Shown here in pieces: positions 1 through 13,920 of a DNA stretch of 64,000 nucleotides (its first letter is position 1; each line of letters opens with the position of its first letter). Both the position numbers and the translations under genes were made by a program. The stretch is taken from positions 146,072,001 through 146,136,000 of the forward strand of contig OX597814.1 in NCBI GenBank assembly GCA_951406725.2, in the 5' to 3' direction. This stretch comes from Octopus vulgaris (taxonomy: Eukaryota). Under the pieces are notes generated by a model. That model was not told where the DNA came from and ran no database searches. It saw only the letters and a program-made list of their open reading frames with translations.

Positions 1-150
1 ATGATTAGCCAAAATGCCCTAGCATGGCTGCATTCGAATGACAAAAATAAGTAAAGAGGTATAAGGATAACACACCTGATCTGCATTCATTAATACGCTA
101 GCTCTGTTTATGTCTCTGCCTCCCTCATCTCTCTCCGTGCATATACATAC

Positions 151-229
<79 letters not shown>

Positions 230-236
<7 letters not shown>

Positions 237-1597
237 GCATCCTTTCTGTCTCGGGAGACAATGGAGTTGCGCATGAAGTAGTCTAGTCCGGCTTTTATAT
301 TTCATGTCCTGATACATTTCCTGCTGTGGCTGTATAGTCCTATCCTGGACATACACTCCCTCTGGCAGGTACCGCAAATGTAGCGAAGACTGTTCCTGGC
401 TGGTTGTAGTGCCATAGTCTCTTGTTTACGTCTCTTCCTTTCTTTCCATTTTTCCTCTCTCTCTGTCACTCCTTTGTATTCCCTCTTTTACTGTACGTCG
501 CCATTCTCCACGGTAGCCGGCAACTTCCTCCCAACCGCTAATATTGATGTTGCAGGCCTTCATGTCCTTTTTGCAAACATCCTTGTAACGTAAGATCGGT
601 CTACCCACAGACCTAGTACCCCTAGCAAGCTCTCCGTAGAGTATGTCCTTGGGGATTCTGCCATCTTTCATACGGCTAACATGCCCAAGCCATCTCATAC
701 GTCTTTGTGTGAGGAGTGCAAACATGCTTGGTATTCCTGCTTGCCTGAGGACATCTTTGTTGGGGATATGATTCTGCCATTTGATGCGGAGGATTTTTCG
801 GAGGCAGCGCAGGTGAAAGATGTTTAGCCGACGCTCTTGGCGTGTGTATAGCGTCCAGGTCCAATGCGTATATTGACCTCAGCGTCAAGGGATAGGTTGT
901 AGGTGGCGGTAGAGCCCAGATAGGTAAACCTCTCCACCTCTTGTAATCTGTGGTCTCCAATATGTATGTTTGGGATGTCCGATGTAGCCTGGCCCATGAT
1001 GTTGGTCTTCCTAAGGCTGATAGCTAAGCCAAAGTCGTTACATGCTTGCTCAAAACAGTTAATGAGCCTTTGGAGGGCTTCTTCTGTGTGTGTTACCAGA
1101 GCGGCATCATCAGCAAATAACATCTCCTTGATCAGGACGTTTCTGATTGGCACGCAGGCGCGAGAGATTGAACAGTTTCCCGTCACTTCTACTTCTACAG
1201 AAACACTCCATCATCTGATGTCTGAAAGGCATGTGAAAGTAAGAGCGAGAAGAAGATGCCAAACAATGTAGGAGCGAGGACACAGCCTTGCTTTACCCCG
1301 TTTTTTATTTGGAAGGCGGCTGATGTTGAACCGTTGTGCTGTATGGTGCTTTGTATGTCATCATGGAAAGACTTGATGATCCTCAGCAGCTTTGGTGGAC
1401 ATCCGATTTTTGGGAGCAGGATGAAGAGGCCTATTCTGCTTACCGAGTCAAAAGCCTTTGTTAGATCAATGAAGGCCATATATAATGGCATTTTCTGCTC
1501 TCTGGACTTCTCCTGAAGTTGGCGTATGGAGAATATCATATCGATAGTTGATCTGCTTCTTCTAAAGCCACACTGCGATTCTGGATAGATTCGAGAA

Positions 1598-1600
<3 letters not shown>
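230..1600 (-). mobile_element. 5'-truncated, frameshifted RTE-clade LINE (RT domain, C-terminus and zinc finger)
   Basis: Minus-strand frames give YPESQCGFRRSRSTIDMIF, FIDLTKAFDSV, GVKQGCVLAPTLF, LFADDAAL, FTYLGS and RMRWLGHVSRM...RPILRYKD. A C-terminal YICGTCQRECMSRIGLYSHSRKC is read by hand at ~310-385. Bounded by (TA)n on both sides. Confidence 0.95.
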
Positions 1601-1660
<60 letters not shown>

Positions 1661-1666
1661 CATACA

Positions 1667-2912
1667 CAGAGGTTGGACAAAATAATGGAAACACCTAAAA
1701 TTTTCAAACAAATTCATTTTAATATAGGGTAGGACCGGCTTTAGCTGTAATTAAAGCTTGAATTCTACGAGCTATGGACTCGTGCAAAGTGAACTGTTTC
1801 CAAAGGAATTTTTGTCCGTTCTTCAGCTAAAACAGTCTCCAGTCCTTGTAGAGACGATGGTGGAGGATATCGACTCCTTACATGTTTTTCTCAAATACAC
1901 AATAAATGTTCAATAATATTGAGATCTGGGTATTCTGGTGGCTAGATAAGATGTTCAACTTCACTAGAATGTTCCGCGTGCCATTCAGTAACAACATTCG
2001 CTGCGTGAATTGGTGCGTTATCATCCTGGGAGATTGGGTTTCCCTCCGGAAACAGTTCGGCAAACATAGAATGAATTTGATCAGATAAAATACTTAAATC
2101 ATCTTCACTATTAATTCTACCATTAAGTGAAACTGCTAGGGCGCGGATTTCTAAGTTATACCCCCCCCCGATCATCACAGATCTTCCTCTACGTTTAACA
2201 GTTGGAAGAAAGCGGTCTGGGTCAAATGATTCTTTTGGCTGTCGCCACACGTATACTTAGCCAGAGGTCAGGAATAAGGTAAAGGATAGCTCGTCTGGGT
2301 ATATAACATTCTTCCACTGCTCTGGGGACCAATTATGTAGGTTTTTACTGCATTCTAAACGCTTTACAACGTTTGATTTTGAAAGTAGTGGTTTGCTGAT
2401 TGCAGCCCTCCTGTGAAATCCGACTTTGTGCAGCTCCTGGCGAACAGTTTTTGTGTCATTAAGCTCTGCTGTAATTTTGGGAGCTGTACCTTTGTGATCC
2501 TTTCTCAGAATTCGCATAAGAGTCCAACGGTCCATATCTGAAAGTTTTGGTTTTCTTCCGGAGTTTTGTTTCTACGAGGAGGTTTTTCCATCTTTCTGAA
2601 AGGCTGTCAGTACTTTCGAAACAGTACTTCTTGATACACCAAACATTTTGGCTGTTTTTGTTATGATTGCGCCTGCTATACAATCACTAACAATTTGACG
2701 TCTTTGAAAGACCGACATATCTATCATTTTAATGAATTTTAATGACCTTTTTTCTGATGAAATCTGAAACGAAACAGAAATTTTAGCGAAACACATTAAG
2801 CATCACTAATGATAAATCCCCCAAACAACAAAAAAACAACAACTTTTGACGATATTTCAAAATTATGATGCTAAGATGCGAGGTGTTTCCATTATTTTGT
2901 CCAACCCCACTC
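1667..2912 (-). mobile_element. Tc1/mariner (Tc1-like) DNA transposon, full length, with a disrupted transposase
   Basis: Perfect 26-bp TIRs ggttggacaaaataatggaaacacct at 1671-1696 and 2881-2906. Minus-strand fragments encode an HTH (FQRRQIV...AKMFGVSRSTVSKV), KPLLSK...WKNVIYPDE, and QDDNAPIH of the DDE domain. TA-rich flanks. Confidence 0.93.
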
Positions 2913-3046
2913 TATATATAAATGTATATGTATACATATATATATATATGTATATATATACATATATGTATGTATATATGCCTGTATGTATGTATGTATA
3001 TATATATATACATATATATATATGTATATACACACATATATATATA

Positions 3047-3115
<69 letters not shown>

Positions 3116-4130
3116 AGAAGCAGGGTGTGAGTAAGTGGCGGTAGGTGAGTGGCACAAAGAATGAGAGAGAGAGAGAGGACATAGATGTAGAGAGAGAGAG
3201 AAAGAGGGTAAGTTTACTGATTGTACACATATACATAGGTAATATTGCGATAAGTTTCATCATTGCTTCGGTATGCGAAATTCTACGTATAAGTTGCCCA
3301 CCTGACGTTACAATAAAAGCATTGCAGTAGGTACTCTGTGAGATCGAACCCGAGACAGTCTGCAACACGTGTTTTCGAAAGAAACTACTTATCCATTTAG
3401 TTATACCTGTGCTTTGCCTAGACATATAGTTCATATTTAAATTTAAAATGATTGTTGAATTAACGTATCATTATATGCAATATTTATAACGTTTCATGAG
3501 TGTACATCTTCGAATATTTATATTTCCCAAAATGTATGGTAATAATCCACTGAAAATTATGCAAAACAACAAAAATGTGTTAAGATATTTGTACATTTTA
3601 TAGCAGAGAGATGAAGTGTTAAGAACACAAACAATACACAGCGCTTATACAGGAATGAAATATATTTTTAACTGAGTGTAAAAGAGTCATTTTCAAAATA
3701 GCCTTAGAGAATACTACGAACTCTTATTTTGGTGTAGTTATACAGAATACTTACTTATATGTGAGACGAAAGACGTGTTATAGTCACGTGTGGATATGTA
3801 TGGAAACATTTCTGTACTGAATGTAGATGTTTGAAATAAGATGACGTGTTTATTAGATTATGCTGCTGCATCTATTTCTACATGTAAATCTTAAGCATGG
3901 TGAGTATCAGACGCCTTGAGAAATTGTTGAAATAGAAATATAACTAGACATGTTGCATGTGACATATCACCATTATTCATCTCAGATGCATAATCTGCTG
4001 TCAGACGATTTCCTATATTTCGTATATGGGTTTCGTTACATTTGATGACATTTTGTTATGTTAAAATCGTTATCTTAATTAATATTTACATATACATTTT
4101 GCTGTATCCGATAATGCTTGAACTATTAGG

Positions 4131-4279
<149 letters not shown>

Positions 4280-4393
4280 TTTATTGAAAAGCAACAGAAA
4301 TATAACTGAAGCATTTAAATAAAGAATATTACACTACCTCGTGTATTTGTGTATCCTTTTTTCCACCTTGTTTCACATTTATGTACTTACTCC

Positions 4394-4435
<42 letters not shown>

Positions 4436-4479
4436 TACATATATATACATATAAATATATGTGTGTGTGCGTCTGTGTG

Positions 4480-5010
4480 TAACGACGAAGAATACCGAAC
4501 TAGACTCCAGTCTGATCTCCAAGCAGTGTGTCAATGCGTAGGCAAAAACAAAATGCAACAAAACGAGAAAATTTTGAGCTGATGCATTTTGAAAAAAAAA
4601 TCTATGTTAAAACAACCATACTCTCTTCCTTTAGGTAAACCTCTCACAGCATTTAATTATATCAGAGACCAAGAAGTAATTGTTGATAACAATCTCAGTT
4701 GGAGTGCTCACATTAACAATAAGGTCGATATAGCTCGTAGAATAAGCTCCTGGATCCTAAGAACCTTCCGGTCCAGAGAACTAGCTGTCATCATTCCACT
4801 TTTCTCCTCCTGTGTACGAATACTGCTGCTTCCTGTGGTCTCCTCACACAAAACAGAACGTCTAGAAAATTGAATCACCCCCGAGGGCATTCACTAAATG
4901 AATTAAGGACATGAATGAACTCGATTACTGGGACCGCCTTAAAGCATTGGAACTCAACTCTCTCCAGCGCCGCTGCGACGATACATAACTTGCATGATAT
5001 GGAGAATAAT
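4480..5010 (+). mobile_element. CR1/L2-type LINE RT C-terminal fragment (degenerate)
   Basis: LQSDLQAV, IRDQEVIVDNNLSWSAHINNKV, WILRTFRSR and DYWDRLKALELNSLQRR motifs with stops and frameshifts. Confidence 0.85.
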
Positions 5011-5029
5011 TTTTCTTTGATTTGTTTCA

Positions 5030-5211
5030 GATATTTGACTGCCATGCTGGAGCGCCAAATTTAGTCGAGAAAATCGACCAAAGGACTTGTTCCTTGTAAG
5101 CCTCATACTTATTCTATCGGCCTCTTTGCCGACCCGCTAAGTTACGGAGACGTAAGAGCACCAGCATCAGTTGTCAAGAGATGGTGGAGTGACAAACAAA
5201 CCCCCAAAAAC

Positions 5212-5256
<45 letters not shown>

Positions 5257-5385
5257 ACAGGCTTCGTTCAACTTCCGTCTACCAAATCCATTCACAAGGC
5301 TTTCGTTGACACGTGGCTATAGTAGAGGAAATTTGTCTAAGGTGCTTCGCAGTGGGTCTGAAACCGGGACACAGTTGCTTACCAC
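5030..5385 (-). mobile_element. tRNA-derived SINE family B with internal microsatellite
   Basis: Reverse-complement similarity to the copies at 12768-13195 and 36040-36455 (gatttggtagacggaa block and cttgacaa block either side of the microsatellite). Confidence 0.8.
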
Positions 5386-5630
5386 ACACACACACACACA
5401 CACACACATGCAATACTTTTCTCTCTGTGTTGCATGTTTGTTTTTATTTTGCATCCGTGATTTTATTTTTGATCTATATAAATGGAGATATTTCCTTTGT
5501 TTTGCCGCTTTTCTTTCTATAAAATGAGAGGATACTTTGCAGAACTGTTACTTTAACGAGTTATATTAATTTATCACCCGATGAAACATATCTACACCGT
5601 CGAATGCTCCTGAACCATTCATTAATAGTC

Positions 5631-5676
5631 TATCCCGAGAGGGACCGTTGCTATACTTGTCGAAACCATTGTCATA
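5631..5676 (+). ncRNA. Degenerate hammerhead-like motif before AATAAA and (TA)n
   Basis: tat-cCCGAGAG-ggac...gtc-GAAA-ccattg-TC-ata. The core is mutated relative to CUGANGA. Confidence 0.35.
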
Positions 5677-5708
5677 ATTAATAAAGATCCGTTCACCTTT
5701 CATTTACG

Positions 5709-5797
<89 letters not shown>

Positions 5798-5812
5798 TGT
5801 ATATATATATAT

Positions 5813-5869
<57 letters not shown>

Positions 5870-5894
5870 TGTATATATATATATATATAGATGC

Positions 5895-5925
<31 letters not shown>

Positions 5926-6440
5926 TATATTTTTTATATATTTATAGATAGATAGATATATACATACATACATACATACATACATACATACATACATAAA
6001 TACAAAAATACATACAGAAGCACAAACAGAGACAGGCGCACATATTTGTTGAATAATTTATATGTGTATACGTATATCTATATCTACATGCATGAATATA
6101 TGTGTGAGTGTGTGTGTGGAATGATTCATGTCATAGATTAACGCGTTAAAGTAATTGTCTAACACATCATACAAAATATGAATTAATTAATCGTGTGCTT
6201 TATTATTTTGCTTTGTCATAACATTCATTCTTTGTGGCTAAGAGTATTGAGTAATTTCTGTCGCTTAACTACATCTTCCTCCAGTGCAATACCACCATGT
6301 AATTTATACCATACACATATGTACATCCATACAAACACACGCATATATCTATACACATATATATATTACATATATATATACATATGCATTATAGATATGT
6401 ATTCACACATCTCTATATAGGTATATATATATATATATAT

Positions 6441-6519
<79 letters not shown>

Positions 6520-6537
6520 TATATATATATATGTATG

Positions 6538-6594
<57 letters not shown>

Positions 6595-7327
6595 CACACA
6601 CACACATACATCAGAATTTGTATGCGTGTGGATATAGGTGTATATATGCAAGAATGTGTATGTGCAAGTATAAGTAGTTGTTAATGTGTGTGTGTGTGTG
6701 TGTATGTCTGTATGTCTGTGAGACCGTTTGCTGTGTCATGATAGATCACGTGTTTATTAGAGATATTAAGATGCTATTTCTCTGCTGGGCATTGCATATT
6801 TTTAGATATTTCTATTCTATGGTATATATGGGACTTACTCATCACTAATAGCCAGTCTTTCAACCTCACTGGGTATAAGCGTATATAATTACCACACACT
6901 AAGTAATTAAATAGGCGAAATAAATAATCAACAACAAAGGCATATAAATCAAAATTTCAAGAGTTCTCAATATCTGCGCCATGATCATATCATTTTAATA
7001 CAACAAAACGATAAAAACAACAAAAATATAAAATGAAGTCATATCAGAGTTTGTATCGACATCAAACATTGAACATCAATAGATGCACTTGTCCTTTTTT
7101 ATTTTTCATTCCTTAATATGCCGCGTGATTTCGGTAGATGTGCTTTTAGATATGAAATCAGAACAGACAACTTTAATATTTATTACTTTCAATAATATCT
7201 AATTGAGTATACATGGACTAATACGTACAAATATATGTATGTGTATGTAGATACATATATATATGTGTATATTTATACAAATATACACGCACGCTTACAT
7301 ACTATTATGTTATTCTCTATCTATATT

Positions 7328-7378
<51 letters not shown>

Positions 7379-7753
7379 CTATCTCTTCTCTTTCCATGCA
7401 ACGTCCTCTCTACGTATGCAAGTATGATATATATATATTCACATACATGTAAATATATATTATTTTAGGTAATTATTTGTGTGCATGTAATACATACACA
7501 CACATATACACATATCCATGTAATTATATATGCACGTTTTATGTGTTTATATATATGTATATATATATATGTGTATATATATATATACAAACATTATGTA
7601 CATTATATATACATTATGTACATCACAGCCATACTTATGATTATATATGTAGATACACACACACTAATACATAGTCGTGCACACAAACACACACATCCAT
7701 GCACACCCCCACACCCATGCACAAACACACACCCATGCACAAACACACACACA

Positions 7754-7792
<39 letters not shown>

Positions 7793-7798
<6 letters not shown>

Positions 7799-8150
7799 TT
7801 GTTCATATTAATTAAATCTGCACAAACATGTAGTACGGCACGTTCCACTTTCGGTGACCAAGAAAATATCAAGTCTAATTACACTTAATATATCGATGTG
7901 TGCAACTGCCTGAATTGGAGAAATCTGGCTATATTCAGTATTTTGGAGTTGACAATCAAAAATGTAAGAAACATCGTGTCGCGTAAGCATTGCTATTTTT
8001 GAGCTGAAGGCGAATATGCAAACATTTTCAGTTACGACTTGATGAATATCTGAAGACATGATCCATATTGTTCTAGAAATACCGTTTCTCATTACCACGA
8101 TCCAATCGCGTACGAGAAGCATAAAAATCAATTGGATCCTTACTGATATT
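7793..8150 (+). mobile_element. Possible mariner-type transposase C-terminal remnant
   Basis: Hand translation FELKANMQ...ISEDMIHIVLE resembles the mariner C-terminal helix. It begins right after a TA tract with tacacagttgttc. Confidence 0.3.
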
Positions 8151-9139
8151 ATAGTTTTCTGCAGTGTATTTAGCATGGATTGGTGGCAGTGAGTTATGAA
8201 ATATTTGTGATAAAATTTGACGGCTAGTCCTTACAGAGTCCTTTCTGAGATCCCCGAAAAGTGAAAGAGCACAAGTTCTCGCAATCGCTAATTATCTGAA
8301 AGTTCATTGGTCGGTCTGTCGAAACAGATACTCAAAAGCAGTCATTTGACCTTCTCTGCACATTTGTCACGTAGAATTTATTTTATACGATTTTCAGATA
8401 ATTAGTGTAACTTATTCAAAATTATTTTCAATATGAAGCACAATGACGTAAAAACATAAAGGTCACAATCGTAATTTGAAGTCGTATTTTAATTAATGGA
8501 TTTGGCTCTGAGCAAGTGACACCAATCTCATTTCGCAAGTTCGGAATTAGTTTCTGATAAAATACAATAGACATAATTATGTAAAAATATTTGCTTGATG
8601 AAGGTTATCTTGGTGAAAAACACGAATAACAATAATCTTTTAGAATGAGAAGTAATGTATCCAATATCTACACCAAGAAGCTGTTCTTTTAAATTTTAAT
8701 AATGTCAACTATTTAAATATGTTACTAAGAATTTTAAAAAAATTCAACTACTAGAATCTCTTTACTGTTTGAAAATGTTTCCTAATCAAAGATTGTCGAC
8801 TAGGAAAGGTATTTATTGCTAAAAGGATGGATGAGGCATTAATATTGTATTCAATTATCAGACTTGAATCATTAACGTTAATAATGCTTTCCAACACTGC
8901 CTTGGCCATGGTTTCGGAAGGGATCCTGAAGCTCATCCCTTTCAATGGGTTCGTTTTCAGGTAATAACTCGTAGAGGCGGACATGTCTACGACTGTCATA
9001 AGCAGTACTTGACAAGTGGCAGTATCATATTTGCTACTTATTGATCAACATAGCGATGTTAGCATATAGTTGTCCATTGGTCATATAACGACATCAAGCT
9101 GTAGTTGATGTCATATCCAAGTCATACAAGTTTAGTTGA

Positions 9140-9690
9140 TTATATCGACCCCAGCTCTCAACTTGTACCTATTTTATCGACCCCGAAAGGCTAAAAAGCA
9201 AAGTCGACTTCGGCGAAATTTGAACTCAGAATGTAAAAAAACGGAGGTCAAAATATCTTTAAGTATTTTGCCCGGAGTGCTAACGTTTCTGGGAGCTTGC
9301 TGGCATTCCAATATTATAATAATCATTTCTACTATAGGCACAAGGCCTGAAATTTTGGAGAAGGGAGTAAGGCGATTACATCGACCCCAGTGCGTAACTG
9401 GTACTTAATTTATCGAACCCGAAGGATGAAGGGCAAAGTCGAACTCGTCAGAATTTGAACTCAAAACGTGCAGACAGACGAAATACTGTAAAGTATTTCG
9501 CCCAACGGGCTAACGTTTCTGCCAGATCGTTGCCTTTTCCATATTCTTTTCTCCTCCAGACACATGGCTCGAAATTTTGGGGGAGGAGCCAGTCAATTAG
9601 ATCCTCCCCAGCACGTAAATGGTACTTAATTTATCGACCTCGAAAGGGTGAAAAGCAAAGTTGACCTCGGCGGAATTTGAACTCAGAAGG
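9140..9690 (-). mobile_element. Three head-to-tail copies of tRNA-derived SINE family A
   Basis: Repeated tttatcgac...gaaagg...caaagtcgac...gaatttgaactc blocks, reverse-complementary to the copy at 19864-20075. Confidence 0.85.
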
Positions 9691-10055
9691 CAGTCCAGTG
9701 TCAACGAACAAACCGCTAAGGATCCCGAATCTTAAGTGTGAAGCCTGTTTGTTTGTCATCCGAAATTTTTCATCGGTTGGCCTAGATGGCGAAGGGAAAC
9801 AATTTGAATTTTCTGTCGTTTTAGTTCATTCATGTTGTCATTGAGCGTAAACTGCAGATTACAGGTTTGCTGAGAATACTTGCTGGGTATTATGTAACAA
9901 ATCTACACTTCCTACGGGAATGCAGTTACCACTCTCTCTGGCCGACATATTTTGTTTTTTATCACAGTATATCCACATTATTCAGTACGAATACCGCAGT
10001 AAATTCATATCACAATAGATGGCTTTTGAAATCTTACAGTGCTTCTGCTTCGTAT

Positions 10056-10118
<63 letters not shown>

Positions 10119-10167
10119 ATTGATGTTTATTGTTAAATATAGTTCATCATAATATTTCCCTGTCATT

Positions 10168-10218
<51 letters not shown>

Positions 10219-10298
10219 GTCTGTCTGTCTGTCTGTCAGTATGTCTGTCTATCTATCTATCTTTCTATCTTCACACACACACACACACACACATATAT

Positions 10299-10350
<52 letters not shown>

Positions 10351-10909
10351 CATACATGTTTATGATTTCGCATACGCAATAAGAGAAAGAAAAAACGATA
10401 GAATACGGGGAATAATGAGTGATGCTGGAAAGGCATAGGAAGGCGATGGTCATAAATTTTATTAACCAACAGCAGTGAGATACTGTGCGAACGTGATAAA
10501 TGCGTGTTGTCCAATTTAACGATCATATTTTTTACCCTTGCATTTAAATCTTGTTTGGTTTCTGCAACATCAAACTGCTATCACTCCAATATCGTACATT
10601 CATCTATGTAAGAGCACACAAAAATGAAGTGTAAAATGAAGATGTATATTAGATGAATGTTAGCCAATCCTAAATCGAATTTTCCGATATCGGTAAGTAA
10701 TCTTTCCTGATGGAGAAGTAATGCTGTCTCGATGTAATATCTTTTTTAGATGTGATATACAGCTATGTTACCAATTACATGCTTCCTTTTTAAAGGAAAA
10801 ACAATAATATACTCTTTAATCTAGCAAGGATGTTTGCAATTGATCATTGTTCATCATGGTCATAGCTGACCAAATCTAAATAATTACAGTTTAGAAGGAT
10901 AGAATTAAG

Positions 10910-11213
10910 CGGTCCTTGGACAAAATTCACCCCGAGGACAAAAACCCATCAAGGACAAAATGCACCCCACACCGCCGGACAAAAGCCTACACGACAAAAT
11001 ACCCCAGGACAATGTCTCTCTGGGCAAAGTTCCCCAGCAGTCAATATCCACTGGGATATTGTTCTTTCTTTACAATAAAAATAATTAAGGTAAGTGAAAT
11101 TTTATTAAAAAAAAAATAAATACATATTTGTTGATATTTTTGTGTAAAATTTATCCGGTGCGTTTTTGCCTTCGAGGGATTTTGTCCTCGGATGGATTTC
11201 ATCCTCATAGCCG
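10910..11213. mobile_element. Fold-back MITE with subterminal GGACAAAA repeats
   Basis: CGG...CCG termini. The left arm has tandem ggacaaaa repeats and the right arm has the inverted ttttgtcc/tttatcc repeats. AT-rich middle. Confidence 0.65.
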
Positions 11214-11484
11214 TTTAAGCAATGTAAACAAGATTATTCTACAATTTTCACATATAATAAGCGAGTCATTGTCTATTATGAAGGACAGGTTTTAAATGTT
11301 TGTTGATATGAGCATCAAATTGTGGTAGTTATACACACACACACACGCGCATATATTTACATATACGAGGGGTGTATGAAATGTTTTGACCCGCCAAGGC
11401 CTTTGATCCTTGAAGTCTTGTAACTTACTTCATTTTGGATGTTTTGGATTTTTGAGGCTCAACACTATTCATACACCCCTCATG

Positions 11485-11574
<90 letters not shown>

Positions 11575-12129
11575 TATATACACATATATATATACACACT
11601 CTTGTATACATTACAGAAAACCGAATAACATTGATAATTTGAAGAGGGTAGTATTATGAGAAACAAAGATGTATATATGAATGGTAGTTCATTTACATTG
11701 TTCAATAACAACAAACAACACAAAAAGTAGAAAAAACATCCCCGTACAGACCATGGACCATACCGCATTTCTTATTAAGAGTAGTAATGCAAAATAGAGA
11801 AACAATTCTAATTACTTTCTCCCTGAAAAACTAAACAACTATCGTCTAGATCAATACCTTTCATGTTTCTTTCTCCATTTCCATAACTGCATGCAGTAAG
11901 TGTGTATATATGTATGTATGTATGAATGTATGTATGTATGTGTGTGTGCGCATGTATCTATGCATGTATGTGTGTGTGTATGTATGTATGTACGTATGTA
12001 TGTATGTATACACATACACACATATATATATGGCAATAACACTTAGAAGAAGGTGCTTTTTATCACTCAGCAAAGTGAATAGAATGTTGGCCAAGAGGAA
12101 ATGATGTCATGAGACTGTATTCAATGTTC

Positions 12130-12420
12130 GATTGTTTAGACTCTGAACCGTAATATCCTTACATTGGTGGGTCAGCAGACGTGGCCAAATCACTGCTCCT
12201 CATTTCCTCCTGGCTTCCACCTTAACTCTTTCTCTTGTTCCATATCCAAAAAGAGGCACTTTTCAGCTGCTTCTCCCATCCTGCGCACTGTCATTCTTCG
12301 CTCAAAGACTCCAATTTCAATAGCTGTAAGCAATCTCCATACCGACTGAGCAGGTAACTCACTACAGCCAGAATTACCATTTCTTCTTCGTGCAATAATG
12401 TAAAAGTCTCTCATACTTAG
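12130..12420 (-). mobile_element. Degenerate RTE-type LINE 3' coding remnant
   Basis: ORF 12190-12414 contains IGVFERRMTVRRM...LRW, followed after a stop by FGHVC. Confidence 0.55.
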
Positions 12421-12715
12421 AACGCTTCCGTCCGCTGGTCAAATCACACCCATCTGATTCCTAATTTGTACCGTCTATCACTTTAGTGACGTCTATAAAT
12501 TTGCCTTAAGGTTGTTAAATTGCTAATACGCCACACATATTATTTATAATTTTCCCTTCCACTATTTTTTAATCAGCACCTTCTCAATAGTTTTTCTGAT
12601 AAGTTGACGAAGTGATCTGAGCTAAGCCCTAGACCCGGTAAGAGCCACTGACGAAAATTAGAGTAGCAATACTGGTACCACTATGTATTCTGTCTCACTT
12701 TAGTGACGTCTATAA

Positions 12716-12749
<34 letters not shown>

Positions 12750-12767
12750 GCACACACGTTTATAAGC

Positions 12768-12917
12768 ATGGCCTGACTCTGTGGTAAGAAACTTGCTACC
12801 AAACCATATTTTTCAGGGTTCAGTCCCACTGCGTGGCACCTTACGCAAATATCTTCTACTACATATCTTATGGGTGGATTTGGTAGACGGAATCTGAAAG
12901 TATGCCGTCGAATACAT

Positions 12918-12978
<61 letters not shown>

Positions 12979-13195
12979 TGTATACATTTATGTGTTTGTC
13001 TTCCCACCATCGCTTGACAAGCGATGTTAGTATGTTTATGTCCTCATAATCCAGTGATTCGAAAAAAGAGACTGATAGAATAAATACTAGGTTCAGAAAG
13101 AATTAAGTCGTGGAGTCAATATATTCGGCTAAAACCCCTTTAAGATGGTGCTCCAGCAAGGCTACAGTCAAATAAATGAATAAAAGAATAAAAGT
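12768..13195 (+). mobile_element. tRNA-derived SINE family B (CORE-like block, internal microsatellite)
   Basis: A-box-like ctgtggtaag, B-box-like ggttcagtcc and a ggcaccttacgcaaat block. Matches 27275-27420 and 36040-36455. Confidence 0.85.
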
Positions 13196-13199
13196 ATTT

Positions 13200-13920
13200 T
13201 AAAGAGAACAAAACTATTTTAGCAACCAGCTCAATACATAGAGCACGCGTGCTTGAAAAGATGAACAGCGAAACCACTTACACTTAATACATACGATACT
13301 TAAACCTCGTTTCCAAGCAAGGTTGGTTCTCTTTCGAATATAGACAGCGTATTCAAATGAAAACCAGGCTCTTTTTACTAGTCAGTGATTGGTATCGAGC
13401 AATTCCGTTCACTACAACCCAGAGCCTTGCAGTTACAATGTATTATACTTTCAAATGACTAAACACGAACTACTATTGGAACGGACATACCATGTACAGG
13501 TAAATATTTTTTACCACTTCTATACATTAATTTCCTCGAATAATGGAACTGTAACTACAATAGGTTTATATATTTTACATTTTAATTTCTATTTTCATTC
13601 TCTTATTTCCTACTTTATTCCCCATCACCTCGTTTTCCATTATAATTCGAACTCAAATATTTACCTCTATTTAACCGTCTCTGATGAAGGGATTTCCATA
13701 ATATCCCAGAAACAGCTGTAAGACTATATATCTTTTACCTTATAAATGTCCTGAAAACTCCTCACAGCATTGGCTTTGTTATCTCATTTTGTTCAATATA
13801 TATGCTAATACAAGACCCACATTAAACTCCTCACTCGTATCACTATCGAACCAAGAGTTTAACTACGGTCTGTCTATAACAGTTACATAGCGTTACCACT
13901 ATTTGGGTCTTCTAGATACC
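13200..13920 (+). mobile_element. Penelope-like element 3' end / pseudo-LTR carrying a hammerhead
   Basis: Contains the hammerhead at 13677-13724. Only a weak GIY-YIG-end-like reading at ~13200-13320. Boundaries approximate. Confidence 0.55.
13677..13724 (+). ncRNA. Minimal type-I hammerhead ribozyme (Penelope type)
   Basis: GTCT-CTGATGA-aGGGAT ttccataat ATCCCa-GAAA-CAGCTG-TA-AGAC. Stem I gtct/agac, intact core, stem II hairpin, palindromic stem III, GUA cleavage triplet. Confidence 0.8.

Noticed and set aside
8751-8999. 82-aa non-repetitive ORF
   Set aside because: No recognisable motif or splice support, and the length is compatible with chance.
10916-11030. Short spaced repeats resembling a CRISPR array
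   Set aside because: The repeats are only ~8 bp with ~10-bp spacers, the context is eukaryotic, there are no cas genes, and they are mirrored as inverted repeats.
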